Shown in pieces: positions 35,482 to 44,603 of a stretch of 64,000 nt of DNA. Made by a program: the position numbers and the translations under genes. The stretch's first letter is position 1; the number at the start of each line of letters is the position of its first letter. This stretch comes from Minisyncoccota bacterium. GTDB lineage: Bacteria > Patescibacteriota > Minisyncoccia > Phycocordibacterales > UBA918. The notes under the pieces are model-generated. The model made no database searches. It was not told the DNA's origin and worked only from the letters and a program-made list of their open reading frames with translations. The DNA is taken from positions 18,271-82,270 of the forward strand of contig JBBDKG010000013.1 in assembly GCA_040879435.1 (NCBI GenBank). The letters are read 5' to 3'.

Positions 35482-35895
35482 TTAATCACCCTTTGGTCGC
35501 TTTGCACCGTATCGTGAGCGTCCTCGTCGTCGTGCATCCACGCCCGTCGCGTCATACTTTCCACGAACCACGGTGTAGTTCACACCGATGTCCTTCACGC
35601 GACCGCCGCGCACCAGTACCACTGAGTGCTCCTGAAGTGTGTGGCCTTCGCCGGGAATATACGCAGTGATCTCCTGACCGTTCGTGAGACGAACGCGGGC
35701 GATCTTTCGCACCGCAGAGTTCGGCTTACGTGGGGTCTTCGTGGTCACACGCGTACACACACCCCGCTTGAACGGTGAGTTGTATCGGTTCGGCTGGTTC
35801 TTCACCTTGTTGAAGCCAGTGCCGAGCGCGCCGGTATTGGTCTTGGTGACCGGGTCGCGGCGCTTCTTTCGAGCTAGTTGATTGATGGTTGCCAT
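35482..35895 (-). CDS. rpsL: 30S ribosomal protein S12
   Basis: The product begins [20 protein letters not shown] and contains [10 protein letters not shown]-like and VRGGRVKD motifs; the start is taken as ATG 35893-35895. Confidence 0.95.
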   Translation of the reverse strand: MATINQLARKKRRDPVTKTNTGALGTGFNKVKNQPNRYNSPFKRGVCTRVTTKTPRKPNSAVRKIARVRLTNGQEITAYIPGEGHTLQEHSVVLVRGGRVKDIGVNYTVVRGKYDATGVDARRRGRSRYGAKRPKGD

Positions 35896-36096
35896 ATAAA
35901 GCCCACGCAGATTACAACATATGAATACAAATCGCAAGCATCGAGGAAAAGAAAACGGCCCCGCGCTCACTGATGCTGGGGAGGAGGTCAGCGATCAGGT
36001 GCGCAGGGCCAGGAAGGTGCAATGAACATTGACGGGAACCGCCAGGAACTAATGTCCATCCCTTCCACCTGGAATCCAGCGAGGGTTCGTACCGCC

Positions 36097-36107
36097 ATTG
36101 TATCACA
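36097..36107 (-). promoter_or_regulatory. candidate extended -10 element (TGTGATACAAT) for rpsL-rpsG
   Basis: Minus strand: tgtgatacaatgg, about 200 nt upstream of the rpsL ATG. Confidence 0.35.
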
Positions 36108-36152
36108 CTTAAAAATATAGAGACCCCGCGCCAGAAAAAGCAGCGCGGGGTC
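36105..36152 (-). terminator. intrinsic terminator downstream of the M50 protease gene
   Basis: The hairpin gaccccgcgccagaaaaagcagcgcggggtc is followed by a T-tract on the minus strand. Confidence 0.7.
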
Positions 36153-36254
36153 CTTTGATCTTGGAAAGAGCCGGTCAGGAGACTGTGACGGAAACTCTTT
36201 CCAAGAGTGCCTGCTCACCTTCCGTCACAGTGTTCGAATACTGCACTCAGTCTA

Positions 36255-36899
36255 TCACAAACCACCCAATCCTGTCATAAGCTCAAAGACGGTGAAGACG
36301 AGTGTCGCGAACGGCGTCCAGAATATATTGATGAATATAAAGATAAAGAGAATGGTGGCAATGAACCCGTACTGCTCAAAGAACATGGTGAACGAGCGAT
36401 ATGACTGCGCTGCTCGATACGGGAGTAGCACGGTGAGGATCTTCGAACCATCCAGGGGCGGGATCGGGATCATGTTAAAGAGCGCCAACAGAATGTTGAG
36501 GTAGACGACGTAGGAAGCGATATCGAGAAACATCGCTGAAAGGCCGAGCACGTCCGCACTCCGTATGAGCGCACTGAACACAAGCGCGATCACGATATTG
36601 ACCAGAGGACCGGCCGCTGCCACCTTCGCCTCCCCATACCGCTGATCGGAGAGATTGTACGGGTTATACGGCACCGGCTTCGCCCACCCGAATATGAATC
36701 CGGCACTCGAAAAGAAAAGTAGCCCCGGGACGAGAATGGAGCCGATCGGGTCGAGATGCACGAGCGGATTGAAGGACAACCGTCCCTGCAAGCGGGCCGT
36801 CGGGTCGCCAAGCCAGTGTGCGGCATATCCGTGCGCCATCTCATGGAGCACGATCGAGAGAATGAGGGCAACAATGATAATGATCGCTTCTGTTCCCAT
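36255..36899 (-). CDS. site-2 protease family (peptidase M50) membrane metalloprotease
   Basis: HEMAHGYAAHWLGD (HExxH) lies within a TM helix; the product has about 6 TM helices and contains FNMIPIPPLDGSK. Confidence 0.8.
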   Translation of the reverse strand: MGTEAIIIIVALILSIVLHEMAHGYAAHWLGDPTARLQGRLSFNPLVHLDPIGSILVPGLLFFSSAGFIFGWAKPVPYNPYNLSDQRYGEAKVAAAGPLVNIVIALVFSALIRSADVLGLSAMFLDIASYVVYLNILLALFNMIPIPPLDGSKILTVLLPYRAAQSYRSFTMFFEQYGFIATILFIFIFINIFWTPFATLVFTVFELMTGLGGL

Positions 36900-37004
36900 A
36901 ACGCTCCCATACTACCCTAAAAGGATGAAAATCCTAAATCACGGGGACGGTACAGAGCCGCACGGCTTGCCAAAGAAGCGCGGTATGGTAGTATGTCGCG
37001 ACTT

Positions 37005-37247
37005 ATGGCACGGCAATGTGAAATAACGGGAAAGTCGACACAGGTCGGCGGACGATACTCAAACCGCACACGAGCGACGCAGTTCAATCCGTGCGGCAAG
37101 GTTCGTCGTGCCCCGAACCTCCAGAAGAAGCGTATCTATGTGCAGGAGCTCCAGAAGTACGTGACAGTGAACATCTCCACCAAGGCGATCCGCACCATTG
37201 CAAAGAACGGCGCGTACCAGACATTGAAGAAAGCAGGACTCATCTAA
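37005..37247 (+). CDS. rpmB: 50S ribosomal protein L28
   Basis: The product begins MARQCEITGKSTQVGGRYSNRTRATQFNP. Confidence 0.85.
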   Translation: MARQCEITGKSTQVGGRYSNRTRATQFNPCGKVRRAPNLQKKRIYVQELQKYVTVNISTKAIRTIAKNGAYQTLKKAGLI

Positions 37248-37248
37248 C

Positions 37249-37282
37249 AAAAACGGCACCAATTGGTGCTGTTTTTGTTTTG
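37249..37282. terminator. bidirectional intrinsic terminator after rpmB
   Basis: The sequence is aaaaacggcaccaattggtgctgtttttgttttg. Confidence 0.85.
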
Positions 37283-38551
37283 CTATCCTTTCCAGGCATC
37301 TATTTCCACCAGTAACTCATCGCCCCAGTGGCAGGTGAGCACATCAGTGCCTTTAAAGTTGTGCTTGTCGTAATCATTGAACTCTTGAGAACACCGTGAC
37401 CACGCACGAGCACGTGTATACCCGCTTCCTCCCACGATCTGTTGATCATTCAACATAATACGAAGGGTATCGGTCACTTCGTGATTATCCTGCACATATA
37501 CCCGAATGGAGTCTGAGACGTCACGATAGTTTGTGTCACATACAACCTCGACTTCTTCTAGAAAACCGCGTGAATCAACAGAGTTGAAGTGGACACGACC
37601 ATACTCAGAACTATTCGACACCCGCCGATTCCAATCGTGAGTAACGTCGAATGAACCTTTGTCAAAATATCCTGTTACCGTACAGCTATCTATGTCTCCT
37701 CTCGGGTAGTACCGGAATTCATACTGATCGTCAGCATCGGCTGTGACATTGAGCGTACTGCGGTCTACTCCATTCACATAGAGCGAAACGGACGGTGCAA
37801 TAACCGTGAGGCGAGTCGAACAATGCTCTGTCTCTCCGCTCTCTCCCGTTGCGGTAAGGTGGATCGTTTCAGAACCAACGACATCAGCATCGAACCTGAC
37901 TGCACCAGAGCGACCTACTGAACCTGACGGTAGATCGAACTGTGAGGAGCGTGAGGAGAACTCGACCGTGTCAGCATTATCAGTATCCCATTCCACTCTA
38001 ATATCCTCTCCGTAGTAGTACTCTGACTTATCACTGGTTACGCTACAGCGTACATTTTCTCGTTGCGCAGTAGGAGCATGTACGACCTCAGAGTCTATTG
38101 AAGTGGTCACTGGCTGAATCCAATTTTCAGCACTCCAGCCCACATACCCAACATCCCTGTTATTCTCATAATCGATGTACCACCAGGTGTACCCGTCAGC
38201 GTATCGTGGACCTGAAAGTATCACTCCCGTGTAATAGGCTGGCACGTACCCATACACAGCTCCATGCACACTCGGGTTCCCACGCACCTTCAAATTACTT
38301 GTTGTACGGACCGTATCACCAACAGAAAGTTCCATGTCAGAGATCACTTCAGTTGCAACCGTCCGCTTTCCAATAAGTTGCTGTTGAAGCTCAGCAACAA
38401 TTTTTAGAAGCTCCTGTATTTGCTGTTCAAGAGCACTTACGTTCGTCTGAGCATGAGCTGGTTTGCTGGTAGCAATGGTTCCAACTATAACCAAAGCAAT
38501 GACGACCCCTACGGTCACTACTCGCTTCCCTTTTAAACTAAATTGAGTCAT
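37283..38551 (-). CDS. secreted hypothetical protein with a coiled-coil and a bacterial SH3-like domain
   Basis: The product has a signal peptide (MTQFSLKGKRVVTVGVVIALVIVGTIATSKPAHA), and the region VRGNPSVHGAVYGYV..GYTWWYIDYENNRDVGYVGW is SH3b-like. Confidence 0.45.
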   Translation of the reverse strand: MTQFSLKGKRVVTVGVVIALVIVGTIATSKPAHAQTNVSALEQQIQELLKIVAELQQQLIGKRTVATEVISDMELSVGDTVRTTSNLKVRGNPSVHGAVYGYVPAYYTGVILSGPRYADGYTWWYIDYENNRDVGYVGWSAENWIQPVTTSIDSEVVHAPTAQRENVRCSVTSDKSEYYYGEDIRVEWDTDNADTVEFSSRSSQFDLPSGSVGRSGAVRFDADVVGSETIHLTATGESGETEHCSTRLTVIAPSVSLYVNGVDRSTLNVTADADDQYEFRYYPRGDIDSCTVTGYFDKGSFDVTHDWNRRVSNSSEYGRVHFNSVDSRGFLEEVEVVCDTNYRDVSDSIRVYVQDNHEVTDTLRIMLNDQQIVGGSGYTRARAWSRCSQEFNDYDKHNFKGTDVLTCHWGDELLVEIDAWKG

Positions 38552-38628
38552 GTGTATCTTATTACCTAAAAATAGAACTACCGCAGCTATTCGTCTAGAC
38601 CATAACACACATTGTTTAAAAAGCAAGG

Positions 38629-39486
38629 CTACCGAACTCGCACCATTATCCCATCACTTTCCAACTCAATAGCTCCATCTTTGGTCGAGAGGACCTCTAC
38701 GTCAAACAACGCAAGTGTGTCGAGCACCTCCTCGTGCGGATGGCCGTACGAGTTATCTGCGCCGGCTGAGATAACGCCATACACCGGAGCAACCACCTCA
38801 ACAAACCCTCTGTCCGACGACGTGCGCGAACCGTGGTGCCCTGCCTTCAGCACCTCGCTCTTAAGTGACGCCCCGTATGTATCAACGAGTTGCCGCTCCA
38901 CACTCGAAGGCGCATCGCCGGTGAGCAGGATGTCGGTCTCACCGTATGAGATACGCACGACGATCGACGACGCGTTGCTCTCCATATGTGTCGGGTCAGT
39001 TGTGGGGAACAGCACGCTCATGGTCGTTGATGCACCGAGCGCGAACTCCTGTCCGGCACGTGCGTAGACTACCTCCGCATTCTCTCCGGTCACCCCCGTT
39101 CGGAATGCATCATTCACTGCTGTATCGCTCTCATTCGCGGTCAGAAGGACCGTGCTGACGTCGTACCGCTCCAGAACCGGAACCAGCCCGCCGATGTGGT
39201 CCGCATCAGGGTGGGTCGCCACCACCATATCGATGGTGCGGTCAAAGGGGCCTAACGCACGCGCCAGTTCCGCGAGCACACCCCGGTTCCGTCCTCCGTC
39301 GATAAGGACCTCAACACCATCAGGTGTTTCAATGAGAATCGCGTCTCCCTGTCCGACGTCAAGGAAGGTCACGGTGAACATCTCTCCCTCAGCGCTGGTG
39401 AGATACGGCACGCTCCAGACGAGCGCCGCGCACACGGCAAGAGAAAACAGAATGTATGCGCGCACTTGTATGACCCGCTCGTTCAT
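38629..39486 (-). CDS. ComEC-type MBL-fold metallo-hydrolase domain protein (the C-terminal domain of ComEC as a separate gene)
   Basis: An N-terminal TM is followed by TFLDVGQGDAILIETPDG...VATHPDADHIGG...KAGHHGS. Confidence 0.7.
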   Translation of the reverse strand: MNERVIQVRAYILFSLAVCAALVWSVPYLTSAEGEMFTVTFLDVGQGDAILIETPDGVEVLIDGGRNRGVLAELARALGPFDRTIDMVVATHPDADHIGGLVPVLERYDVSTVLLTANESDTAVNDAFRTGVTGENAEVVYARAGQEFALGASTTMSVLFPTTDPTHMESNASSIVVRISYGETDILLTGDAPSSVERQLVDTYGASLKSEVLKAGHHGSRTSSDRGFVEVVAPVYGVISAGADNSYGHPHEEVLDTLALFDVEVLSTKDGAIELESDGIMVRVR

Positions 39487-39543
39487 TCATTCATTCTACA
39501 TCCCCGCGCATGATACAATCGAAATTATCATTACCCGTCACAC

Positions 39544-40134
39544 ATGAACACTATGACCTACGAACCAAAGACATTCGATATCCCCGAACTCGACAGCATC
39601 TCGCGCCAGTCTATCGATGAGCATCTCAAGCTGTACCAAGGATACGTGAAACACGTGAACCTCATTCACGAAAAGATCGCGGAGATGAAAGAGGATTCCG
39701 AGAAGAACGCGTATGCACTCGCGGAGATACAGCGGCGGCTTGGGTTCGAGTTCGGCGGTATGAAGAATCATGAGGCATACTTCACACAATTCGAAGGCGG
39801 TCCGAAGGACGTCGACACCGAGAGCGAACTATACAAAAGCTGCGCGTACCTGTGGGGCTCATGGAACGACTTCCTCGCACAGTTCCGTGCGACCGCGATG
39901 ACACGCGGTGTGGGGTGGGCAATGCTCTATTTGGACACGAGCGCGAAGCGACTCGTGATGACCTGGGTCGACGAGCAACACATCGGCCAACTGACGGACG
40001 TCTCGATCGTACTGGCACTCGATATGTGGGAGCACTCATACATGCTCGACTACCCGCCGAGTGAGAAGGCCAAGTATGTTGATGCGTTCTTCAAGAATCT
40101 CAATTGGGAAACGGTGGCAGGCCGCATATCCTAG
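39544..40134 (+). CDS. Fe/Mn superoxide dismutase
   Basis: The product contains DMWEHSYMLDY and HLKLYQGYV; its length is typical of Fe/Mn superoxide dismutases. Confidence 0.92.
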   Translation: MNTMTYEPKTFDIPELDSISRQSIDEHLKLYQGYVKHVNLIHEKIAEMKEDSEKNAYALAEIQRRLGFEFGGMKNHEAYFTQFEGGPKDVDTESELYKSCAYLWGSWNDFLAQFRATAMTRGVGWAMLYLDTSAKRLVMTWVDEQHIGQLTDVSIVLALDMWEHSYMLDYPPSEKAKYVDAFFKNLNWETVAGRIS

Positions 40135-40147
40135 CACGAAACGAAAC

Positions 40148-40186
40148 AAAGCCCGTCGGGAGCGAATCCCGGCGGGCTTTTTTGTG
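40148..40186. terminator. intrinsic terminator after the superoxide dismutase gene
   Basis: The sequence is aaagcccgtcgggagcgaatcccggcgggctttttt. Confidence 0.75.
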
Positions 40187-40189
40187 GTG

Positions 40190-40276
40190 TCATGGGAGTA
40201 CTCCCATGACGGCTGCGCCGATGAAGGCGAACACAGCGCAGAAAACAAGTGCATTGATCGGTCTCGAAAGTCCCAT
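40190..40276 (-). CDS. candidate 28 aa hydrophobic peptide downstream of the comEC membrane gene
   Basis: The minus strand reads caggaggtattcctcATG and the product is MGLSRPINALVFCAVFAFIGAAVMGVLP; its stop lies inside a 20-bp perfect palindrome. Confidence 0.2.
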   Translation of the reverse strand: MGLSRPINALVFCAVFAFIGAAVMGVLP

Positions 40277-40351
40277 GAGGAATACCTCCTGTTCACTTGT
40301 GTAAAAATATACTACCCCAATTTCACCGCTGTTTGCAGTTTTGCAATACGA

Positions 40352-41839
40352 TCAAACATCTGACAAGTCCGCCCGTATACTTTGACGCCGCGATACATAC
40401 CATATTCCCACACCCATGACCACATATGCACCGACCATAAGGGAAAAAGGAAAGGCCGGTACGACAAAGGCAGCGAACGGGAGTGTTGCGAACCATCCAG
40501 CAACTTCGAGTATATAGAGGAGCGATAGATACGCGAGGAACGCGAACGGCATCGCTGCAACAGAAGACAGCGCAGCAACGACGCCGGTGCAGAATGTGAG
40601 GAGCATCGCGAGTGGCACCATCGGAAGTACCAATACGTTCACAACGACCGACACCACCGAGAACTCACCGATCTGATACAGCAAGAGTGGCCAGACGATC
40701 AGCTGGGTCGCGAGCGTGGCAACAAGGAACTCCCGCACACCGATCGTGCGAGGGACGAGGGCGAGCCGCGCCTCCAACTGCGGCGCGACCATAATGAGAC
40801 CGAGCGTTGCAAGGAACGAGAGTTGAAAGCCCGGATCAAACACAAGAAGGTACGGATTCACAAACAACATGGCAGCACCGGCGATGCAGAGCGCGCGCAA
40901 CACATCATACGTTTCGCCGAATCCTTGAGCTACCAGCAGAAGTCCTGCCATGATACTCGCCCGCAGTACGGTCGGACTGAGTCCTACCAGAAGCGCAAAG
41001 AGTGCTACCGCGATGATACCGACCACCATTCGTGCCCGTAGTCCGAAGAGGAAGGAGAGGCAGAACAGCACGAAGGCCACCACGAGCATGACGTTGTATC
41101 CGGACAGCACCACGATGTGGATGATACCGGTGCGACGGAACACCAGCTCCAACTCTTCGCCGAGCGCCCGTTTCTCACCAAGCAGAAGTCCTTCGCCAAG
41201 ACCGACCATCGGTTCGGGAATAAGGGACTCGATGTTGTCCATGAACGAGTGCTTCCATACGAGGAGTCCATGCATGAGCCAATTGCCGTCCCACCCATTC
41301 AGTCGCTCCACCTGCGGGTAGATCATCATGTATGAAACGCCGCGCGCTTGAAGATACCCTGGGTAATTGAACGTACGGCCGAGGTCGGTCTCGAACGATT
41401 CGGGTTTCGCAAGTTCTCCGGTCACGGCGACCTGTTCCCCGTACGCGTGATCACCGAAGGCATCAGTGATGACGAGAATACGGCCAACGTCCGTTTCAAT
41501 ATATAAATGTGTGGTCGCGCTGCGCACATCCGGTTCGCGGACGATCGTACCCTCAACGCTCACCTCACTCCCCACTCGGGACTCAAAGGCAGGAATTATC
41601 TCATTCCAATCAGCGATCTCCATACGGAGCACGCCGAAGGACATAAAGAGGATTGCGAGCGCTGCATACAGTACGGCAGGATCCGAGACTGCACCACGAT
41701 TCCGCTGCCACAGACACGCCAGAACAAACGCAAGCATCACGGCGGCGGCAATTGCCGGCAGACCGACCGCAAAGAACGAGCGGATGAAGATACCGAGTGT
41801 GAATGCGATGACACCGACATACACAAACGAGGCATGCAT
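40352..41839 (-). CDS. comEC: ComEC/Rec2 DNA-uptake channel, membrane portion (DUF4131 OB-fold plus Competence domain)
   Basis: The 495 aa product is polytopic, with an N-terminal OB-like region (VSVEGTIVREP) followed by the competence-domain TM bundle. Confidence 0.75.
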   Translation of the reverse strand: MHASFVYVGVIAFTLGIFIRSFFAVGLPAIAAAVMLAFVLACLWQRNRGAVSDPAVLYAALAILFMSFGVLRMEIADWNEIIPAFESRVGSEVSVEGTIVREPDVRSATTHLYIETDVGRILVITDAFGDHAYGEQVAVTGELAKPESFETDLGRTFNYPGYLQARGVSYMMIYPQVERLNGWDGNWLMHGLLVWKHSFMDNIESLIPEPMVGLGEGLLLGEKRALGEELELVFRRTGIIHIVVLSGYNVMLVVAFVLFCLSFLFGLRARMVVGIIAVALFALLVGLSPTVLRASIMAGLLLVAQGFGETYDVLRALCIAGAAMLFVNPYLLVFDPGFQLSFLATLGLIMVAPQLEARLALVPRTIGVREFLVATLATQLIVWPLLLYQIGEFSVVSVVVNVLVLPMVPLAMLLTFCTGVVAALSSVAAMPFAFLAYLSLLYILEVAGWFATLPFAAFVVPAFPFSLMVGAYVVMGVGIWYVSRRQSIRADLSDV

Positions 41840-41847
41840 TCACTGCA

Positions 41848-41887
41848 GTGTACCAAACGAAAAGGCCGCCCGGTGGTGGGCGGCCTG
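41848..41887 (-). terminator. intrinsic terminator downstream of the DUF465 gene
   Basis: The minus strand reads aggccgcccaccaccgggcggccttttcgtttgg. Confidence 0.65.
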
Positions 41888-41907
41888 AGACGAAGAGCGG
41901 GCGTCAG

Positions 41908-42096
41908 TCACTCGGCGGGAATTGCAGACGAAAGGCGAAGTGCGGCGATCTGGTCCTTGAGCGCAAGTTTCTTCTTTTTCAGTTTGTTGATCTCGGGATC
42001 AAGCTTGGGGTCGTGTGCCGAAACAGCGACACGCACCTTATCCTCGAGGAGTGCGTGCTTGTGCCGCAACTCGGCTATATGCGATTCAAGACTCAT
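41908..42096 (-). CDS. DUF465 (YdcH-like) small coiled-coil protein
   Basis: The product is MSLESHIAELRHKHALLEDKVRVAVSAHDPKLDPEINKLKKKKLALKDQI. Confidence 0.55.
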   Translation of the reverse strand: MSLESHIAELRHKHALLEDKVRVAVSAHDPKLDPEINKLKKKKLALKDQIAALRLSSAIPAE

Positions 42097-42183
42097 GAAG
42101 TCCTCCCGTTTCTTGCGTTAAAATCGCTGCGTACAAGTTCTAGAAACCATACTAATGAAATCCCCTCGTACGTCAAGCCCAAT

Positions 42184-42606
42184 CTACACCGCCGCATCAA
42201 TCGCTTCGTTCACCAACCGGTCCGCCTCTTTGTTGCGCTCCCGCTTCACATGCGTGAGTATGAGATTCGGAAAACTCGAAACACGAAGATTGTGGATCTC
42301 GATAAAAAGCGGGACGAGGCCTGGCTCTTTGATCTGATACTCACCATTCAGCTGCTTCTTCACCAGCTCGCTGTCCATACGGAGTTCCACCGCCATCTCT
42401 TTCGTCTTCTTTCCGTAGAGCGCCTTCAGGGTCTGGAGCGCTTTGGCAACTGCCTGGTACTCAGCAAAATTGTTCGTGCTGTTGCCGATGTATTCTTTCT
42501 CCTCACGCACGACTGCACCCTTCGCGTCAACGATATACACGCCAATTCCTGCCGGTCCGGGATTCCCACGCGCTCCTCCGTCGGTGTATGCAATGATGTG
42601 CTTCAT
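42184..42606 (-). CDS. rnhA: ribonuclease HI
   Basis: The product begins MKHIIAYTDGGARGNPGPAGIGV and contains NNFAEYQAVAKAL. Confidence 0.9.
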   Translation of the reverse strand: MKHIIAYTDGGARGNPGPAGIGVYIVDAKGAVVREEKEYIGNSTNNFAEYQAVAKALQTLKALYGKKTKEMAVELRMDSELVKKQLNGEYQIKEPGLVPLFIEIHNLRVSSFPNLILTHVKRERNKEADRLVNEAIDAAV

Positions 42607-42664
42607 AGGTGTACTCTAGCATTAAAAAATGCGGCCCGCCAAAATGACGGGCCGCGGTGAGGCC

Positions 42665-42835
42665 TCACGCATCGTCTGAACCGTTCAAGCGCCTGAGGCT
42701 ACGGAGCTGGTTGGCGATCGAATCCCAGGGTTCACGCTCTTCCCGAACATGCGTGTGGTTCAGGATCCGCCCTTCCGGTTGCGGTCGCCTCAAGCGTTTC
42801 GCAATTGCGAGCTGCTCCTGAATATTGCTACCCAT
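42665..42835 (-). CDS. small hypothetical protein
   Basis: The ORF starts MGSNIQEQLAIAKRLRRPQPEGRILNHTHVREEREPWD, and I recognise no domain. Confidence 0.25.
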   Translation of the reverse strand: MGSNIQEQLAIAKRLRRPQPEGRILNHTHVREEREPWDSIANQLRSLRRLNGSDDA

Positions 42836-42879
42836 TCTACACCTTCCTTTCCTCGCCCTCCGTCCAAGATACGTCCTGG

Positions 42880-44577
42880 TCAAAGAATGTCAACGACACG
42901 CAGCCGTATCTGCCGACGGCCCATAAAGTATGACTCCTCCACATGTCCGATCAGACGTACCTGCTTCCCCACCTCAGGCAGGGCGGTGAACGACTCCGGT
43001 GTACTGAAGAATGCAATCGCCTCGATTGACCTGCCATCCACATCGAACAGTAGTTTCAGATGCTCTTTCGTTTTCCCGAACACCGATACTTCTTTCGGTA
43101 CCACATCAGGGAACGCAAAGAGCGGCTTTGGGTTCCCCATACCAAACGGACCGAGCGCCGCAAGTGTGGCGCACAATTTCTCGTCCACTGCCGAAAGAGT
43201 CAATTCCCCATCCACCACAATTTCCTCGTTGACCACAGCCTGCTCCCCAAGCAGCGCGTATGCGCTGTTCAACCGTTCGGGAAACGCGAACACGTGATCA
43301 TCGTGTACCGCAAACCCGCCGGACATGTGGTGTCCGCCATGCTCTAGGAAGATCTCAGATACTGCATTCATGAGTGCCACGACACTCGTCTGTCCATCAG
43401 ACCGGCACGACCCTTTGATAACACCGTGCCCGTCGCGTCCCCATATGAACGCGGGTCGCTGGTACGTCTCCGCGAGACTGTTGGCGGCAAGTCCGGCGAG
43501 TGCCGGGCGCCACTCAGGGCTCCCCATCACTAAGACCGGCGGCAGTTCAATGAGTTCGTTGATGCGCTTCTTGAGCTCTTTCGTCATGGACGCGACCAAC
43601 CCTTTGCGCTCATTGTTCAGCTTCTCAAGGTGTGCCACACGAGCACCCGCATCACTCTCGTCGCGGTCTGCAAGCATATGGAATGCGTCTTCCGGCGTAT
43701 CCATCCGTGATGCGGCATTGATCCGCGGTCCGATGGTAAAGCCGATGTCATCCTCGGTCACATATCGTTGGTTGAGGCGCGCTTTGCGAAACAAATGCTG
43801 CAGCCCAGGACGGCGTGACTTGCGCAGCACCATGAGTCCATACTTTGCGAAGACACGGTTCTCACCCACAAGCGGCACCATGTCGCTCACCGTCGCAAGC
43901 CCTACCATATCGAGAAGCCACTTCTCACGACCCGGCGCGAGTGTGAACCCGCCACGTGCAATGAGTGCTTCGACCATCTTGAACGCAACCCCCGCACCAC
44001 AGAGTTCCTGGAACGGATACGAACCCCCCGCCTTCGGGTTCACCAGCGCATACGCACCAAGTGGTGTCTTGGACGGCTCATGGTGGTCGGTGACGATCAC
44101 ATCCACCCCGAGCTCCTTCGCGACTGCAACTGCCGCATGATCCCCTGAGCCGCAGTCCACCGTGATGATGAGCTTCGCGCCGTCTGCAGCGATCTTCTCC
44201 ACCGCTTCAACATTCAGCCCGAACCCTTCGAAGTGCCGATGCGGGATATAGTTCGTAAAGTTTGAGAAGCCAATGTCGGTAAAAAAATCATAGAGCACCA
44301 CAGCTCCCGGAATACCGTCGCAATCGTAGTCGGAATAGATAACGATGTGTTCATTCTCGCTAATGGCTTGCAGTATCCGTGCCACTGCGTTCTCCATATC
44401 AGGGAGCAGAAACGGGTCATGCCGGTCGGTATCGTAGTTGGGATTCAGAAACGCTTCTGCAGCAGCAGCGTCAGTGACGCCCTGTCGATGGAGGATGCCT
44501 GTTGTGAGTGGATCATACGTTGAAAGTGCCGCTTGAACGGATTCTGGGACTGGTTCAACGGTACGGTACGATCGCAT
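42880..44577 (-). CDS. recJ: single-stranded-DNA-specific exonuclease RecJ
   Basis: DHH motifs are present (HIVIYSDYDCDGIPG, VIVTDHHEP) together with DHHA1 (GGGHHMSGG); the start may be at 44577-44622. Confidence 0.85.
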   Translation of the reverse strand: MRSYRTVEPVPESVQAALSTYDPLTTGILHRQGVTDAAAAEAFLNPNYDTDRHDPFLLPDMENAVARILQAISENEHIVIYSDYDCDGIPGAVVLYDFFTDIGFSNFTNYIPHRHFEGFGLNVEAVEKIAADGAKLIITVDCGSGDHAAVAVAKELGVDVIVTDHHEPSKTPLGAYALVNPKAGGSYPFQELCGAGVAFKMVEALIARGGFTLAPGREKWLLDMVGLATVSDMVPLVGENRVFAKYGLMVLRKSRRPGLQHLFRKARLNQRYVTEDDIGFTIGPRINAASRMDTPEDAFHMLADRDESDAGARVAHLEKLNNERKGLVASMTKELKKRINELIELPPVLVMGSPEWRPALAGLAANSLAETYQRPAFIWGRDGHGVIKGSCRSDGQTSVVALMNAVSEIFLEHGGHHMSGGFAVHDDHVFAFPERLNSAYALLGEQAVVNEEIVVDGELTLSAVDEKLCATLAALGPFGMGNPKPLFAFPDVVPKEVSVFGKTKEHLKLLFDVDGRSIEAIAFFSTPESFTALPEVGKQVRLIGHVEESYFMGRRQIRLRVVDIL

Positions 44578-44603
44578 AGAAAGCCATGATATCATGACCG
44601 CGT

